Below, piece after piece: positions 20,373 through 31,200 of a stretch of DNA of 64,000 nt. Under the pieces are notes generated by a model, which did not search any database, was not told the origin of the DNA, and saw only the letters and a program-made list of their open reading frames with translations. Each line of letters starts with the position of its first letter. Positions within the stretch are counted from its first letter, which is position 1. The stretch comes from Candidatus Cloacimonadales bacterium (GTDB taxonomy: Bacteria; Cloacimonadota; Cloacimonadia; Cloacimonadales; JAFGVF01): positions 480,001-544,000 of the forward strand of contig OY782781.1 of assembly GCA_963678315.1 (NCBI GenBank), read 5' to 3'. A program made the position numbers and the translations under genes.

Positions 20373-21104
20373 ATGAAAAAGATGTTATTAATTGTATTTA
20401 CGTCCTTAGCATTATCACTATCAGCTGTTATTGAGGTTCATATTCCTTTTGAACATGATATGGTTGGTGATGGTGCTACAAACCCTTATATTTCACCGGA
20501 GTTCGAGATTGAGAACACTGGTGATGCTATGGAATATTCATTTGATATTGAGTATGACACTGCACCTGATGGCTGGTTCATGACTTGGTGTAACTTTAAT
20601 ATTGAAGGTATTGGTGATGGTTGTCATCATCATTCTATGGTCTGGACAGAAACAATCCCAAGTGGAACTTTCCAAGCTGATTTCCAAGTTAATGGTCTTG
20701 ATGGAACAGAAGGAATGGTTGAGTTTGACTTTATCATTTCTGGTGGAGACTTAGCTGAACCTTTAGTTCTTCCTTTCTCTTTCAGAACTACTAACTTTGT
20801 TAGTAATGATAACCAATTAACTCTTCCTCTTCTTGCTAATGTATCTAACTATCCTAATCCTTTCAACCCAGAAACTACTATTAGTTTCGATGTAACTGAA
20901 AGAGGGAATGTTAGTGTAGATATTTTTAATTTACGAGGACAGTTAGTTAAGAATATCTTCTCTGGAGAAAGAAATATTGGCAGATCTAAATTTGTATGGA
21001 ATGGTTTAGACAACAACAATAAAGCTGTTGCAAGCGGTGTTTATTACCTAACAGCTAAAAGTAAAAACAACACTATTAGAAAGAAGATGTTATTATTAAA
21101 ATAG
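20373..21104 (+). CDS. Secreted protein with FlgD-Ig/T9SS-like C-terminal domain
   Basis: Signal peptide; NYPNPFNPETTISF...WNG...SGVY...KMLLLK tail. Confidence 0.85.
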   Translation: MKKMLLIVFTSLALSLSAVIEVHIPFEHDMVGDGATNPYISPEFEIENTGDAMEYSFDIEYDTAPDGWFMTWCNFNIEGIGDGCHHHSMVWTETIPSGTFQADFQVNGLDGTEGMVEFDFIISGGDLAEPLVLPFSFRTTNFVSNDNQLTLPLLANVSNYPNPFNPETTISFDVTERGNVSVDIFNLRGQLVKNIFSGERNIGRSKFVWNGLDNNNKAVASGVYYLTAKSKNNTIRKKMLLLK

Positions 21105-21121
21105 TTTAATTTAATTATAAG

Positions 21122-21155
21122 GCTAGAGGTGGTCTTTCTATCTCTAGCTATTTTT
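21122..21155 (+). terminator. Probable intrinsic terminator of the dsbD operon
   Basis: GCTAGAG...CTCTAGC stem followed by TATTTTT. Confidence 0.55.
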
Positions 21156-21194
21156 ATTGGTTATTTCCAACAGTTAGATATTTCGAGGTTTATT

Positions 21195-21587
21195 ATGGAA
21201 TGGTACAATGCAAAACAAGTAGATGATTATACAGATAAATATTTAAAGAATCAATTTATGCAAGAACAATATATAGATATGTCCTGGGTGGTTAATCTCA
21301 TGATTGTTTGGGAAGTAATCTATGTTCTTTTATTCTTTTGCTTCTCTTCACTGATAGTTAGAAATTGGCTTTTTGGAATCAATATTTTCCTTCTTGGAGC
21401 TGGTCGTTACTCTCTTAAATTCAGCATGGAATACACCCTCAGAGATATACCTTTCTGGATATTTGTTGTTATTCTTGTTGGCCTTTCAAGTCTTTTATTT
21501 GGTCTATTTACTCCTTTCAAATATTTAGTTGCAGTCATGCAAATTCTCTTTTTTGCTCCTTTAATTTCTTTAAAAAGGTACAACTAG
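21195..21587 (+). CDS. Hypothetical membrane protein
   Basis: Several hydrophobic segments. ATG 21195 follows GAGG; the track start at 21129 falls inside the terminator. Confidence 0.6.
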   Translation: MEWYNAKQVDDYTDKYLKNQFMQEQYIDMSWVVNLMIVWEVIYVLLFFCFSSLIVRNWLFGINIFLLGAGRYSLKFSMEYTLRDIPFWIFVVILVGLSSLLFGLFTPFKYLVAVMQILFFAPLISLKRYN

Positions 21588-21645
21588 ATAAAAACATTAA
21601 TTGACACCACAAGGGAATATTTAAAACTTATGAAAAGATTTAGTT

Positions 21646-24153
21646 GTGGTGAATATGAAAGAGTTTAACGCCTTAGATAAGTTTTTAGAACAGACAGCTT
21701 TTAGAGCTAATATAGCTGTTCAGAAAGTTGAAAATAGTAGAAGAGCTACTTGGCAAGAGATACCTTCAGAACTACATACAAATGTCGTGAATTCTCTTAA
21801 TGACATTGGTATTCAGAAGCTCTACAAGCACCAAGCACAGGCAATTAATGCCCTTCTTAAAGGCCATAATACTGTTATCACTACAGGGGTTGCTTCCGGG
21901 AAAAGCTTATGCTATCAATCTGTTATTCTCAACTCATTAGCTTATAATTCAGAAAACACAGCCCTTTGCCTTTATCCGACTAAAGCTCTTACCCAGGACC
22001 AAAGAAAATCATTCTTTAGCATCCTTGAAATATTTAATAGCAAGACTAATAAAGACCACTCAATTGCTATCTATGATGGGGATACCTCTGCTTCTCAACG
22101 GCAAAAGATTCGCAATAAGGCTAATATCGTGTTGACTAATCCAGACATGCTTCATGTTGGGATACTTCCTAATCATCCAGCCTGGAACAAATTCTTTACT
22201 TGCTTAAAATACATTGTAATTGATGAAGTTCATATCTATCGTGGAATATTCGGTTCCCACTTCACCAATGTTCTAAGACGTTTAAAAAGAATATGCAGAC
22301 ACTACGGTTCTAATCCCACATTGATACTCACTTCTGCTACTGTTGGTAACACTAAAGAATTCATTTCTAGTCTTATAGAATCACTCTTCAGGACCATTGA
22401 GACAGACTACTCTCCCCAAGGCAATAGACATTTTCTTATCTATAATCCTCCTCTTGTAAATGAAGAATTAGGAATAAGAAGATCAGCCTTAAAGGAAACT
22501 ACTAAAATCGCTAAGTTTTTTACTAAAGAAAATTATCAGTCTATAGTCTTTTCTCGTTCAAGAAGAGGGGTTGAACTAATTCTCACAGGCTTACAGAATC
22601 GAGGTGATTCAACTATCCTAGCAGGTTATAGAAGTGGCTATCTTAAGGAAGAAAGAAGAGATATTGAACATAGATTGAAATCAGGCCATTTGAATACTGT
22701 TGTTGCCACTAATGCCCTTGAGTTAGGCATTGATATTGGCGATTTAGATGTCGTTATCATCAATGGTTATCCTGGTTCTATTGCCTCAACTAAACAACAA
22801 GCAGGAAGAGCAGGAAGGACTGGCAACGATTCTCTTGTTGTCATGATTGCAAATTCTGATTTAATTAATCAATACTTGGTCAGAAATCCCGACTATCTTT
22901 TCTCCAACAATCCTGAACAAGCTCTTCTTGACCCTAACAATGTCCAAATCCTGTTAAATCATTTAAAATGTGCTTTAGCAGAATTAGCTTTTGAGCAAGG
23001 AGAACAATTCGGACTCGATAACGATAATACTGTCTTTGAGCTTCTTGATTACTTAATCTCCAAAGGAATTGCTGTTAAGAAAGGCAATAAAATACTTTGG
23101 AATAGTCAGACTAGACCTCCTAGAGATATTTCCCTCAGAACTGTAAATAGCTCTTCTTTTACTCTCTTGCACGAACGCTCAAGCATTGGCACTGTTGATA
23201 ATTCAAGTGCTTACTGGTTTGCTCATCCTAAAGCTGTTTATATCCACAATGGATTACCTTTTTTTGTTAAAGACTTTGATATTGAAAGAAAGGAGATTCG
23301 TTTAGAAAAACATATCGATGATTATTATACTGAACCAATAATTCAAACCTCATTTAAACTTCAAAAAGAACTGCAAACTCATAAATACAGCTATGGTAAG
23401 AGCCTCTTCTCTATCTTAACTGTTCACACTCAAGTTACAGGATTCAAGAAGTTAAGATGGGATAGCAGAGAGATTCTAAGTTATGAAGAGCTTGAACAAC
23501 CTGAATCTGTTCTTAACACTAAAGGTGTAGTATTTACCTTTACTTCTGAAATTCAAGACTTTATTGAAAGTGGAAGTAATTCTCATGAATCTAATAAGTA
23601 TGGCAAAGAATGGAATAATATTAAGCAGACTGTTAGAGAAAGGGATAAGAATATATGTCAGAACTGTGGTAAGATTGCTACAAGTATCAACCTAGATGTT
23701 CATCATATAAAGCCATTCAAAAGCTTTGATGACCCTAAAGAAGCAAATCAACTAGAAAACCTTATTACCCTATGCAAACAATGCCATAGCCAAGCTGAAT
23801 CAAGCGTTAAAACCCAATCTACTATGGCTGGTTTAACTTATCTGATTAGAAATCTACTACCCTTCAAACTTATGTGCTCATCTGGTGATATTCAAGTTGT
23901 CTTTACCCAAGAAATGGAAGAGACAGATAAAGCTCCAACTATTGTAATATACGATTCTTTCCCTGGAGGTGTCGGACTTAGTAGAAAAGTTGCATCTTCT
24001 ATGACTAGCTTGCTAGAAGTCTGTTTCGAGAATGTTTCTAATTGCGAATGTGACGATGGTTGTCCTTCTTGTGTTGGTCCTATTGCTGAATCTGGTATTG
24101 GTTCCAAAGAAAGTGTTATTGAACTACTCAAAAAAGTCCTCAGGGGGATTTAA
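21646..24153 (+). CDS. DEAD/DEAH-box helicase with DUF1998 (MrfA/YprA/Hrq1-like) and an inserted HNH domain
   Basis: TGVASGKS, DEVH, ATNALELGIDIG and QQAGRAGR motifs; C-terminal YDSFPGGVG...CECDDGCPSCV; HNH-like CQNC..VHHIKP..NLITLCKQCH. Confidence 0.9.
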   Translation: MVNMKEFNALDKFLEQTAFRANIAVQKVENSRRATWQEIPSELHTNVVNSLNDIGIQKLYKHQAQAINALLKGHNTVITTGVASGKSLCYQSVILNSLAYNSENTALCLYPTKALTQDQRKSFFSILEIFNSKTNKDHSIAIYDGDTSASQRQKIRNKANIVLTNPDMLHVGILPNHPAWNKFFTCLKYIVIDEVHIYRGIFGSHFTNVLRRLKRICRHYGSNPTLILTSATVGNTKEFISSLIESLFRTIETDYSPQGNRHFLIYNPPLVNEELGIRRSALKETTKIAKFFTKENYQSIVFSRSRRGVELILTGLQNRGDSTILAGYRSGYLKEERRDIEHRLKSGHLNTVVATNALELGIDIGDLDVVIINGYPGSIASTKQQAGRAGRTGNDSLVVMIANSDLINQYLVRNPDYLFSNNPEQALLDPNNVQILLNHLKCALAELAFEQGEQFGLDNDNTVFELLDYLISKGIAVKKGNKILWNSQTRPPRDISLRTVNSSSFTLLHERSSIGTVDNSSAYWFAHPKAVYIHNGLPFFVKDFDIERKEIRLEKHIDDYYTEPIIQTSFKLQKELQTHKYSYGKSLFSILTVHTQVTGFKKLRWDSREILSYEELEQPESVLNTKGVVFTFTSEIQDFIESGSNSHESNKYGKEWNNIKQTVRERDKNICQNCGKIATSINLDVHHIKPFKSFDDPKEANQLENLITLCKQCHSQAESSVKTQSTMAGLTYLIRNLLPFKLMCSSGDIQVVFTQEMEETDKAPTIVIYDSFPGGVGLSRKVASSMTSLLEVCFENVSNCECDDGCPSCVGPIAESGIGSKESVIELLKKVLRGI

Positions 24154-25328
24154 TGTCTGAATTAGATTTCTTTTTAGAAGAAGAAAAAGATGTTTCACAA
24201 GCTAAGGAAACTAATAAAGACATAGATAAGTTTATTAGTGGTGAATTTATTGAGAAGGATGGGCTAAAAGTCTTCATTCATAGTGAAACAATGCCCTTAG
24301 AAAGTGGTAATATTCTCAGAGGAGCTATACCCAAAATCCCCAATTGGTTATACAGTTATAGCAGGATTTATACTGATGCAGAAGTAAGAGAAGTTATCTT
24401 CCTAGATACTGAAACTACTGGACTTGACCGTGGTGCTTCTACTTTCGCCTTTTTAACAGGAGTCTGCTATTTTAGAGATAATAATTGGCACTTAAAGCAA
24501 TATTTTATCCAAGATATTACCCATGAACCCCTACTAATAGAACTTCTCGAAAAGTTACTTACAGATTTTAAGATTCTTGTCAGTTACAATGGCAAAAGTT
24601 ATGATGTACCCTTACTTGATAATAGATTCAAATACAATAAATGTGAATACTCTATAAGGTCCCTAGAATGCTTAGATTTGATGCATCTATCACGAAGATT
24701 TTGGAAACATTCACTGCATGGTTGTAAGCTTCAAGATGTTGAAAATCTTATACTTGACTTTGTCAGAGACTATTCAAATGATATACCCGGTGAATTAATC
24801 CCTAAAACATACTTTGATTATGTTGCCTCTGGCAATGCTGAAGATATAGCCCATGTTTTCTACCACAATGAAATTGACCTTTTTTCAATGACAGGTATTC
24901 TAAGAATTTGTAACAATCTTGAAGTAGATAGTTTAGAATACTACCAAAAATATAGGATAGATTCCTATGCCATAGCTAAACTACTCTTTGAATTACAGTA
25001 CGATACTGATGGATTTAAGGCTATAAAGATTGCCTATAATGACAATCCTAAAAGAGAAGATATTGCTTTACTAATGGCTAATAACCTTAAAAAATATGAT
25101 GATTTCGAGGAAGCTGTTCAAGTTCTTAAAGGAGTTTCTAACTTCTCCATAAAAGCTAATATTGAGCTCGCTAAAGTCTATGAGCATAAGATTAAGAATC
25201 TTGAAAGAGCATTGGATAGTTCTCAGAAAGCTTATATCCTTGTACACGAAGAAACTGACTTCGATTTCAAATTAATTAAAGATCTTGAGAAAAGAATTAC
25301 GAGACTTCAAAAGAAAGTGAAAAAGTAG
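24153..25328 (+). CDS. MrfB/YprB-like RNase H-fold exonuclease with C-terminal TPR-like helices
   Basis: FLDTETTGL, SYNGKSYDVP, LDLMH and HNEID motifs; coupled to the helicase gene. Confidence 0.88.
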   Translation: MSELDFFLEEEKDVSQAKETNKDIDKFISGEFIEKDGLKVFIHSETMPLESGNILRGAIPKIPNWLYSYSRIYTDAEVREVIFLDTETTGLDRGASTFAFLTGVCYFRDNNWHLKQYFIQDITHEPLLIELLEKLLTDFKILVSYNGKSYDVPLLDNRFKYNKCEYSIRSLECLDLMHLSRRFWKHSLHGCKLQDVENLILDFVRDYSNDIPGELIPKTYFDYVASGNAEDIAHVFYHNEIDLFSMTGILRICNNLEVDSLEYYQKYRIDSYAIAKLLFELQYDTDGFKAIKIAYNDNPKREDIALLMANNLKKYDDFEEAVQVLKGVSNFSIKANIELAKVYEHKIKNLERALDSSQKAYILVHEETDFDFKLIKDLEKRITRLQKKVKK

Positions 25329-25461
25329 CTAAACTCAAATCATTATAAGGTCACCCTTACTTGCCCCCTTGAAAAAAAGCCATTTTTTCAAGGTGTTAAT
25401 AGAATTATAAAGTGGTACAGTAATGGAAGTATAAAATGGTACACTCCTCAAAATACAAATT

Positions 25462-26958
25462 TTGAGGATAACCATGATAGAGGAAAGCATGTATCACAAG
25501 ATAAAATCGTGTCAGAATTTAAACTTAAGTGTAAGAGAAACAGCTAGGCAATTAGCTATATCACCAACGACAGTGCAGAAGTTCAGAAAGATGTCGTTAA
25601 AAGATTATACAGAATATAAGAGCAATATCTTTAGACGAAACAGTATTTTAGAGTCTTATAAAGAGTTGTTAAGCCTTTGGATTAAGGAATATCCACGAAT
25701 ACGCACAACCAAACTTCATCGTAAATTCCAAAAGAAATACCCCGATATAGTTATATCAGAGCGAGCATTTTCGAATTACATAAATAAACTCAAAGAAGCA
25801 ATAAAGCCTCGTTGTAGACGTTATTTTACCCCTGTAACGTATGAACCAGGAGTACAGATACAAGTAGATCCGGGAGAACAAAAAGTATTACTCACAACAG
25901 GTGAAAAGATAAAAGTTTATTTTGTAGCCTTTAAAATCTCATACTCAAGAATGGTGTATGCTCATTTCCAATTAAGACCATATAATACTAATGATTTTAT
26001 ACAAGCTCATGAAGCCTGTTTTAATTATTTTAGATGCTTACCAAAGCAATTAGTTTATGACCAAACAAAGTTAGTTGTAATAAGAGAAAAATATAGGGAA
26101 GTATGGTTAAATAAACTATTTGAACAGTTCCTAAACAAACACAATTTAAACTATTATATATGCGAAGGTTATGACCCTCAAACTAAAGGACTTGTGGAAC
26201 GCCATGTAAGAGAAGTAAAAGAAGATTTTCTTTATGGAGATAAGTTTTCAGGGTTAAGTGAGATAGAAATGCGTTCAAAAGATTGGTTTGAAATGGTAAA
26301 TAATAGAGAGCATAGCACAACTTTAGAAATTCCGACAGAAGTATTTAAAGCTGAAAAGGATTTAATGAGAACTTATATACCAAACAATAGAGTATTGAGA
26401 AAAGTAGATAAACAAGGAATAATATCTTGGAAAGGTAATAAATATTCAGTTCCTTATATTTATCAAAAAAAAGAAGTTTTAGTAGAAGAATTAAATAGCA
26501 AACTTTTGATAATAGATAGCTTAACACTAGCACAAGTAGCTAGTCATTCTGTAAAATATGGAAAGTCAAAGCCGACTATAAATCAAGCACATTATATTGA
26601 TTATTCAGAAAAATTAGAAACTCTAAAGGATGACGTTTTAGAACTTCTGAAAGGATATCAAAATTATGACGTTTTTGTGACCAGGATTTTAAAAGAAAAC
26701 ACAAGTCACCCACGAGAACAATTAAGAGCAATAAGACGGCTATATAATGAATATAACCGTCTTGACTGGAATTTTGTAATTAATCAATCTTTAGCATTTT
26801 CACAACTACGCGCAAGCAAAGTTGAAAATGTTCTTGAAGCTCTCACAAAGCAATTAAAGATAAATGATTATATACAAAACAACCAAAGTAATAATAACAC
26901 AAGTAGTTCAAAACTAGCAAGAGATTTATCAGATTATGATAGGATGGTAAAAAAATGA
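25462..26958 (+). CDS. istA: IS21 transposase IstA
   Basis: N-terminal HTH; PGVQIQVD, LVYDQ and PQTKGLVE DDE motifs; NKYSVP. Confidence 0.95.
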   Translation: MRITMIEESMYHKIKSCQNLNLSVRETARQLAISPTTVQKFRKMSLKDYTEYKSNIFRRNSILESYKELLSLWIKEYPRIRTTKLHRKFQKKYPDIVISERAFSNYINKLKEAIKPRCRRYFTPVTYEPGVQIQVDPGEQKVLLTTGEKIKVYFVAFKISYSRMVYAHFQLRPYNTNDFIQAHEACFNYFRCLPKQLVYDQTKLVVIREKYREVWLNKLFEQFLNKHNLNYYICEGYDPQTKGLVERHVREVKEDFLYGDKFSGLSEIEMRSKDWFEMVNNREHSTTLEIPTEVFKAEKDLMRTYIPNNRVLRKVDKQGIISWKGNKYSVPYIYQKKEVLVEELNSKLLIIDSLTLAQVASHSVKYGKSKPTINQAHYIDYSEKLETLKDDVLELLKGYQNYDVFVTRILKENTSHPREQLRAIRRLYNEYNRLDWNFVINQSLAFSQLRASKVENVLEALTKQLKINDYIQNNQSNNNTSSSKLARDLSDYDRMVKK

Positions 26959-27683
26959 TGGAACAATTAAAGAAAGATTTATTCAGGATAAGGTGTCGAC
27001 ATATACTCAATAACATTGAATCATATTTACAGCATGGAAGAGAGAAAGAACTCTCTAATCAGCAGTTTTTATCGTATATTATCAGAAATGAAGTTAATAG
27101 CAGAAATCAAACAGCTATTAAGCTAAAAATAAAAAGGTCAAATTTCCCTTCAGTAAAGACATTTGAAGAGTTTGATTATAAATATCAACACAGTGTAACT
27201 AAAAGGATGGTCAATGAGTGGTTGGATTTTGATTGGATAGATAACAGAGAAAATAAGATATTTATGGGACCTCCTGGAGTTGGTAAAACGCATATAGCAT
27301 TAGCTTTGGGATATGAAGCAATACAAAAGGGATATAATGTAAAATTTTACACATTTAATGATTTACTAGATGATATGTTAATAGCATCCAATGAGAAAAG
27401 CCTGAAAGAGTTTATTAAGAAACTATGTAAAAATGAATTAATAATTATTGATGAAATCGGCTATTTACCAATAAAGGAAATATCTTCAAGTATGTTCTTT
27501 AAACTAGTTAGCGAACTATATGAATTTAGATCTATTGTTATAACATCAAACAAACTATTTCAAGAGTGGGGATCTGCTTTTGGAGATAATGTTATTACTT
27601 CAGCAATATTAGATAGACTTCTACACCATGCACAGCTAATCACGATGGATGGTGATAGCTATAGAATGAAAGGTAAAATTTAA
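26955..27683 (+). CDS. istB: IS21 helper ATPase IstB
   Basis: GPPGVGKTH, IIDEIGY and AILDRLLHH...GDSYR motifs. Confidence 0.97.
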   Translation: MMEQLKKDLFRIRCRHILNNIESYLQHGREKELSNQQFLSYIIRNEVNSRNQTAIKLKIKRSNFPSVKTFEEFDYKYQHSVTKRMVNEWLDFDWIDNRENKIFMGPPGVGKTHIALALGYEAIQKGYNVKFYTFNDLLDDMLIASNEKSLKEFIKKLCKNELIIIDEIGYLPIKEISSSMFFKLVSELYEFRSIVITSNKLFQEWGSAFGDNVITSAILDRLLHHAQLITMDGDSYRMKGKI

Positions 27684-27759
27684 CTTATTTTTTTAACCAA
27701 AGTGTAACAGTTTATACTTCCAAAAGTGTAACATTTTAAACTTCTCTTGACATTCAAGG

Positions 27760-28215
27760 AGGGGCATTGGCACATAGGCTGTTAGAAGTTAGGACATACT
27801 GGGAACGCACAGCTGCTAGCTGGCTAATACTGGGAGCGCCATGCCTCCGAGCTGGCTAAACACACTGGGAACGCCAGCCTCCGCGCTGGCTTCACTTAGA
27901 ACATAGTTATAAGTGAATTTGTAGAGACGTACGAATATTTGTTTAAATTAAATAAGATGGAAGAGAATTGAGCTCCATTTTATCACCCATGGTTAAAACC
28001 ATGGGCTCTTTATTGATTTACCCTTACAGGGTATAAATACCTTTATGTCCCTTGGGCTAAACCAGAAGTGGTGCCATTTAAGCCAGGACCATGACAAGCT
28101 TTAACTGTGTCTTGTAGCCCATATAAAAACTCCTATTCAACCTACTTGCGTAGGTTTAGCCATCAGGGATGATGGCCTTCTGACTTTACTGGATACCCTG
28201 GAAGGGCAACATAAA
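27760..28215. repeat. Intergenic REP-like mosaic
   Basis: Three tandem ACTGGGA(A/G)CGC...GCTGGCT units (27798-27892); CCCATGGTTAAAACCATGGG; a CAACCTAC..GTAGGTT unit (28138-28201); CCCTGGAAGGGCAACATAAAA. Confidence 0.85.
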
Positions 28216-28221
28216 ACAAGA

Positions 28222-28255
28222 AAAAGGTCTTAAAGATTTCTCTTCAAGACCTTTA
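28222..28255 (-). terminator. Probable terminator of the RND operon
   Basis: AAAGGTCTT...AAGACCTTT stem with a T-run on the minus strand, just past the gene end at 28275. Confidence 0.6.
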
Positions 28256-28274
28256 CTTTTATATATCTAGGCTC

Positions 28275-31200
28275 TTATTTTTTCTCAAGAGCTTCTTTAA
28301 TTGTTGTTTTATCTCCACGTTTAGAGAATTTAGCTTTCACTGAATCTTCAAATGAATAGAGAACTGGTACTAAGAATAGAGTAAGAACTGTTGCAAAACC
28401 AAGTCCGAAAGCAATCGCTACAGCCATAGGCTTCCAGTCAGCAGTTGCTACAGAATCAGACAGAATCATCGGCATGAATCCAGCTATAGTAGTAACGGTA
28501 GTCATGATGATTGGTCTTAGACGGATAGCTCCAGCATTTATAAGAGAATTCCATCTATCTCTACCAGCTTCACGTTCTTTATTGATGAAGTCCACTAGAA
28601 CAAGTGAGTCATTAACAACCACACCAGCCAGAGCAAGGACGGCAATCATGGTCATCATTGAGAAAGATAAGCCAGTAACAAATAGACCTAAAGTAACACC
28701 GATAAATGCAAATGGTAAAGCACTCATAACAATAAGAGGTTTGACATAAGATTTAAACTGTGTTGCCAGAATAGTGAATATCATTAATACAGCAACAATA
28801 AAGGCAAGACCTAGTTTACTGTATGTTTCACTTTGTTGCTTTTCAATTCCACCGTATTCAAGTTTATAACCTGGGTACTTTTCTTCAAAGTCAGATAGCA
28901 CACCTTCTGTATTCTTAACTTTAGAACCTTTAAGTTGGCTAATAACTTGACCAGGAACTTGCTTGATTTTCTCACCATCTTTTTCATAGTATCCGCACTG
29001 AGCAGTTACAGTATATTTTCTTTCTAAATCATAGTGTTCAATCTTTGAGTAACCTTGTTGGATATCAAATTTAGCTAAATCTTTTAAAGGAACTAAAGAA
29101 CCTGATCTAGTTCTAATTTTAAGGTTTTCTAAATCAGAGAAAGAAGATAACTGTGATTCATCAGATTTAACTATAATGTCATATTCTTCAAGTCCAGAAC
29201 CTCTAAATTTAGAGATTGTTGAGCCATACAAGGCTGTCGCAACAGTTGAAGTAATATTGGCTTCAGTCAAACCATACATATAAAGAGCTTCAGTGTTTGG
29301 TATAATTCTTATTTCTGATTTACCATTATCTTGAGAAGATTCAATTTCTTCAAGGCCTGGTATTACTTCTAATTCAGATATAAGATATTCGCTAATTTTA
29401 TCTAGAGTAGCAATGTCATCGCCATAAACTCTAAGCTCAATATCGTATTCTGAACGAGGACCGCCACGACTAGCTTCTTTTAGTTTGTAGAGTTTAATAC
29501 CCTTAACTTTATCAAGCTCTCTAATTACGCTTTTCTTAATATCTTGATAATCATTTTGTAGTTGGTCAGCATCAATCAAATCAATAGAAACTTCAGCATA
29601 GTTAGATGCTGTTTCAGTTCTATGACTTTCTCTATACATACCTATATTTGAAACAATAGATTCTATATCAATCTTCTGGTCAATACCCATTATAGCTTCT
29701 TCAAGATTAGTAACTACTACATTTGTTTTATCCAAAGAAGAACCAACCTCTGTTTCAAGAATGACTTTAAGGGTCTTAGGTGTTGATTTAGGGAAGAACT
29801 CAAAACCAACTGCACCTGAAGCAAGCATTGCCCCTGAACCAATCAGTCCCATTATCAAGACAAGAAGTGAGATAAATCTATGTTTCAAAACCCAGGTAAT
29901 ACTTGCACGATATCTTTTAGTTAAATATGAATGGAGCTTATGCTCTTTTTCTTCATGAATCTTAGCAGTACCGAATTCAGCAACGTGGGAAGGTAATAGT
30001 AATAAACATTCAATAAGAGAAGCTGTAAGAGCTAGGATAACCACAATAGTGAAGTTTCCTAAGAACTTACTCATCATACCTTCCATCCATAAAAGAGGAA
30101 GGAAAGCAGAGATAGTTGTCGCAACAGCAGCAATAACTGGCCACATAATCTCTTGAGTACCCTTGATAGCTGCTTCATACTTAGAATAACCCATTTCTGC
30201 ATATCTATGAATGTTTTCTAGCACAATAATAGCATCATCAACAATCATACCCAGAACTAGAATAAGTCCGAAAAGACTAAGATTATTGAGGGTAACATCG
30301 AAGTAATCCATGAATATTATAGTTAATAAGAAACTAAAAGGGATACCCCAAGCAGCATAGAAAGCATTCTTCCAGCCTAGGAATATCAAGAGAACTATAA
30401 AGACAAGCACAATACCCATTATAGCATTAGAACTTAGTGTATTGATGCTGTTTTCAACTCTGATAGAACCATCATTTCTAACTTCTGCTGAGATACCAGG
30501 AATGTTATTCTCATACTTTTCACAGAGTTCTCTAATGTCAGCAACAACATCAATAATGTTACCGTCTTCTTTCTTATAAACAGATATATTAGCCCCGGTT
30601 ACACCATTGTATTTACCAATAGTCTCTCGTTCTTCAAGAGTATCTAGCACAGTTGCTATGTCTTTTAGTCTAATTGCAGCACCATTACTGTTCATCTTGA
30701 TTATTTGGTCTTCTATATCCTTTACTGTTTCATACTCAGCCATAGTTCTAACAAGGTACTGAGATGAACCAACATCAAGTTCACCACCAGGTGTATTAGA
30801 GTTTGTTGAAGCAACAACACCCATAATATCATTATAAGTGAGGTTATACTCGTTCATTCTATCATTGTTGACTTCTATCCAGAATTCACGGTCTTGAATA
30901 CCAGAAGTTTCATATTTAGAGATATGGTCAATCTTGAGGAGTTCATCTTCGAAGTCTTCTACAATATCGCGCATAATGTTAGGGTCTTTATCACCAGAAA
31001 TAATTACAGCACAGATATCATTAATTTCTCTCATGTTGATTTCAATAATGTTAGGATCATTAGCATTTTCTGGTAAGTCTTTAACTTTATCAACTTCAGC
31101 GTTGATATCATTCCAAGCTCTTTCCATATTAGCGTTAGATTCCATCTGAACAAAGATATTCGCTACGCCTTCTTGTGAAGTAGAAGAGATATAATCAATA

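Larger units (their letters stand above)
25394..27752 (+). mobile_element. IS21-family insertion sequence, apparently intact
   Basis: TG...CA ends. Left end TGTTAATAGAATTATAAAGTGGTACAG matches the reverse complement of the right end TGTCAAGAGAAGTTTAAAATGTTACAC, each with two internal subrepeats. 7-bp direct repeats TTCAAGG at 25387-25393 and 27753-27759. Confidence 0.96.

Noticed and set aside
23593..23799. HNH segment as an intein or group I intron homing endonuclease
   Set aside because: No intein splice-junction residues are evident, the frame is uninterrupted, and the segment is too short for a splicing element plus nuclease.
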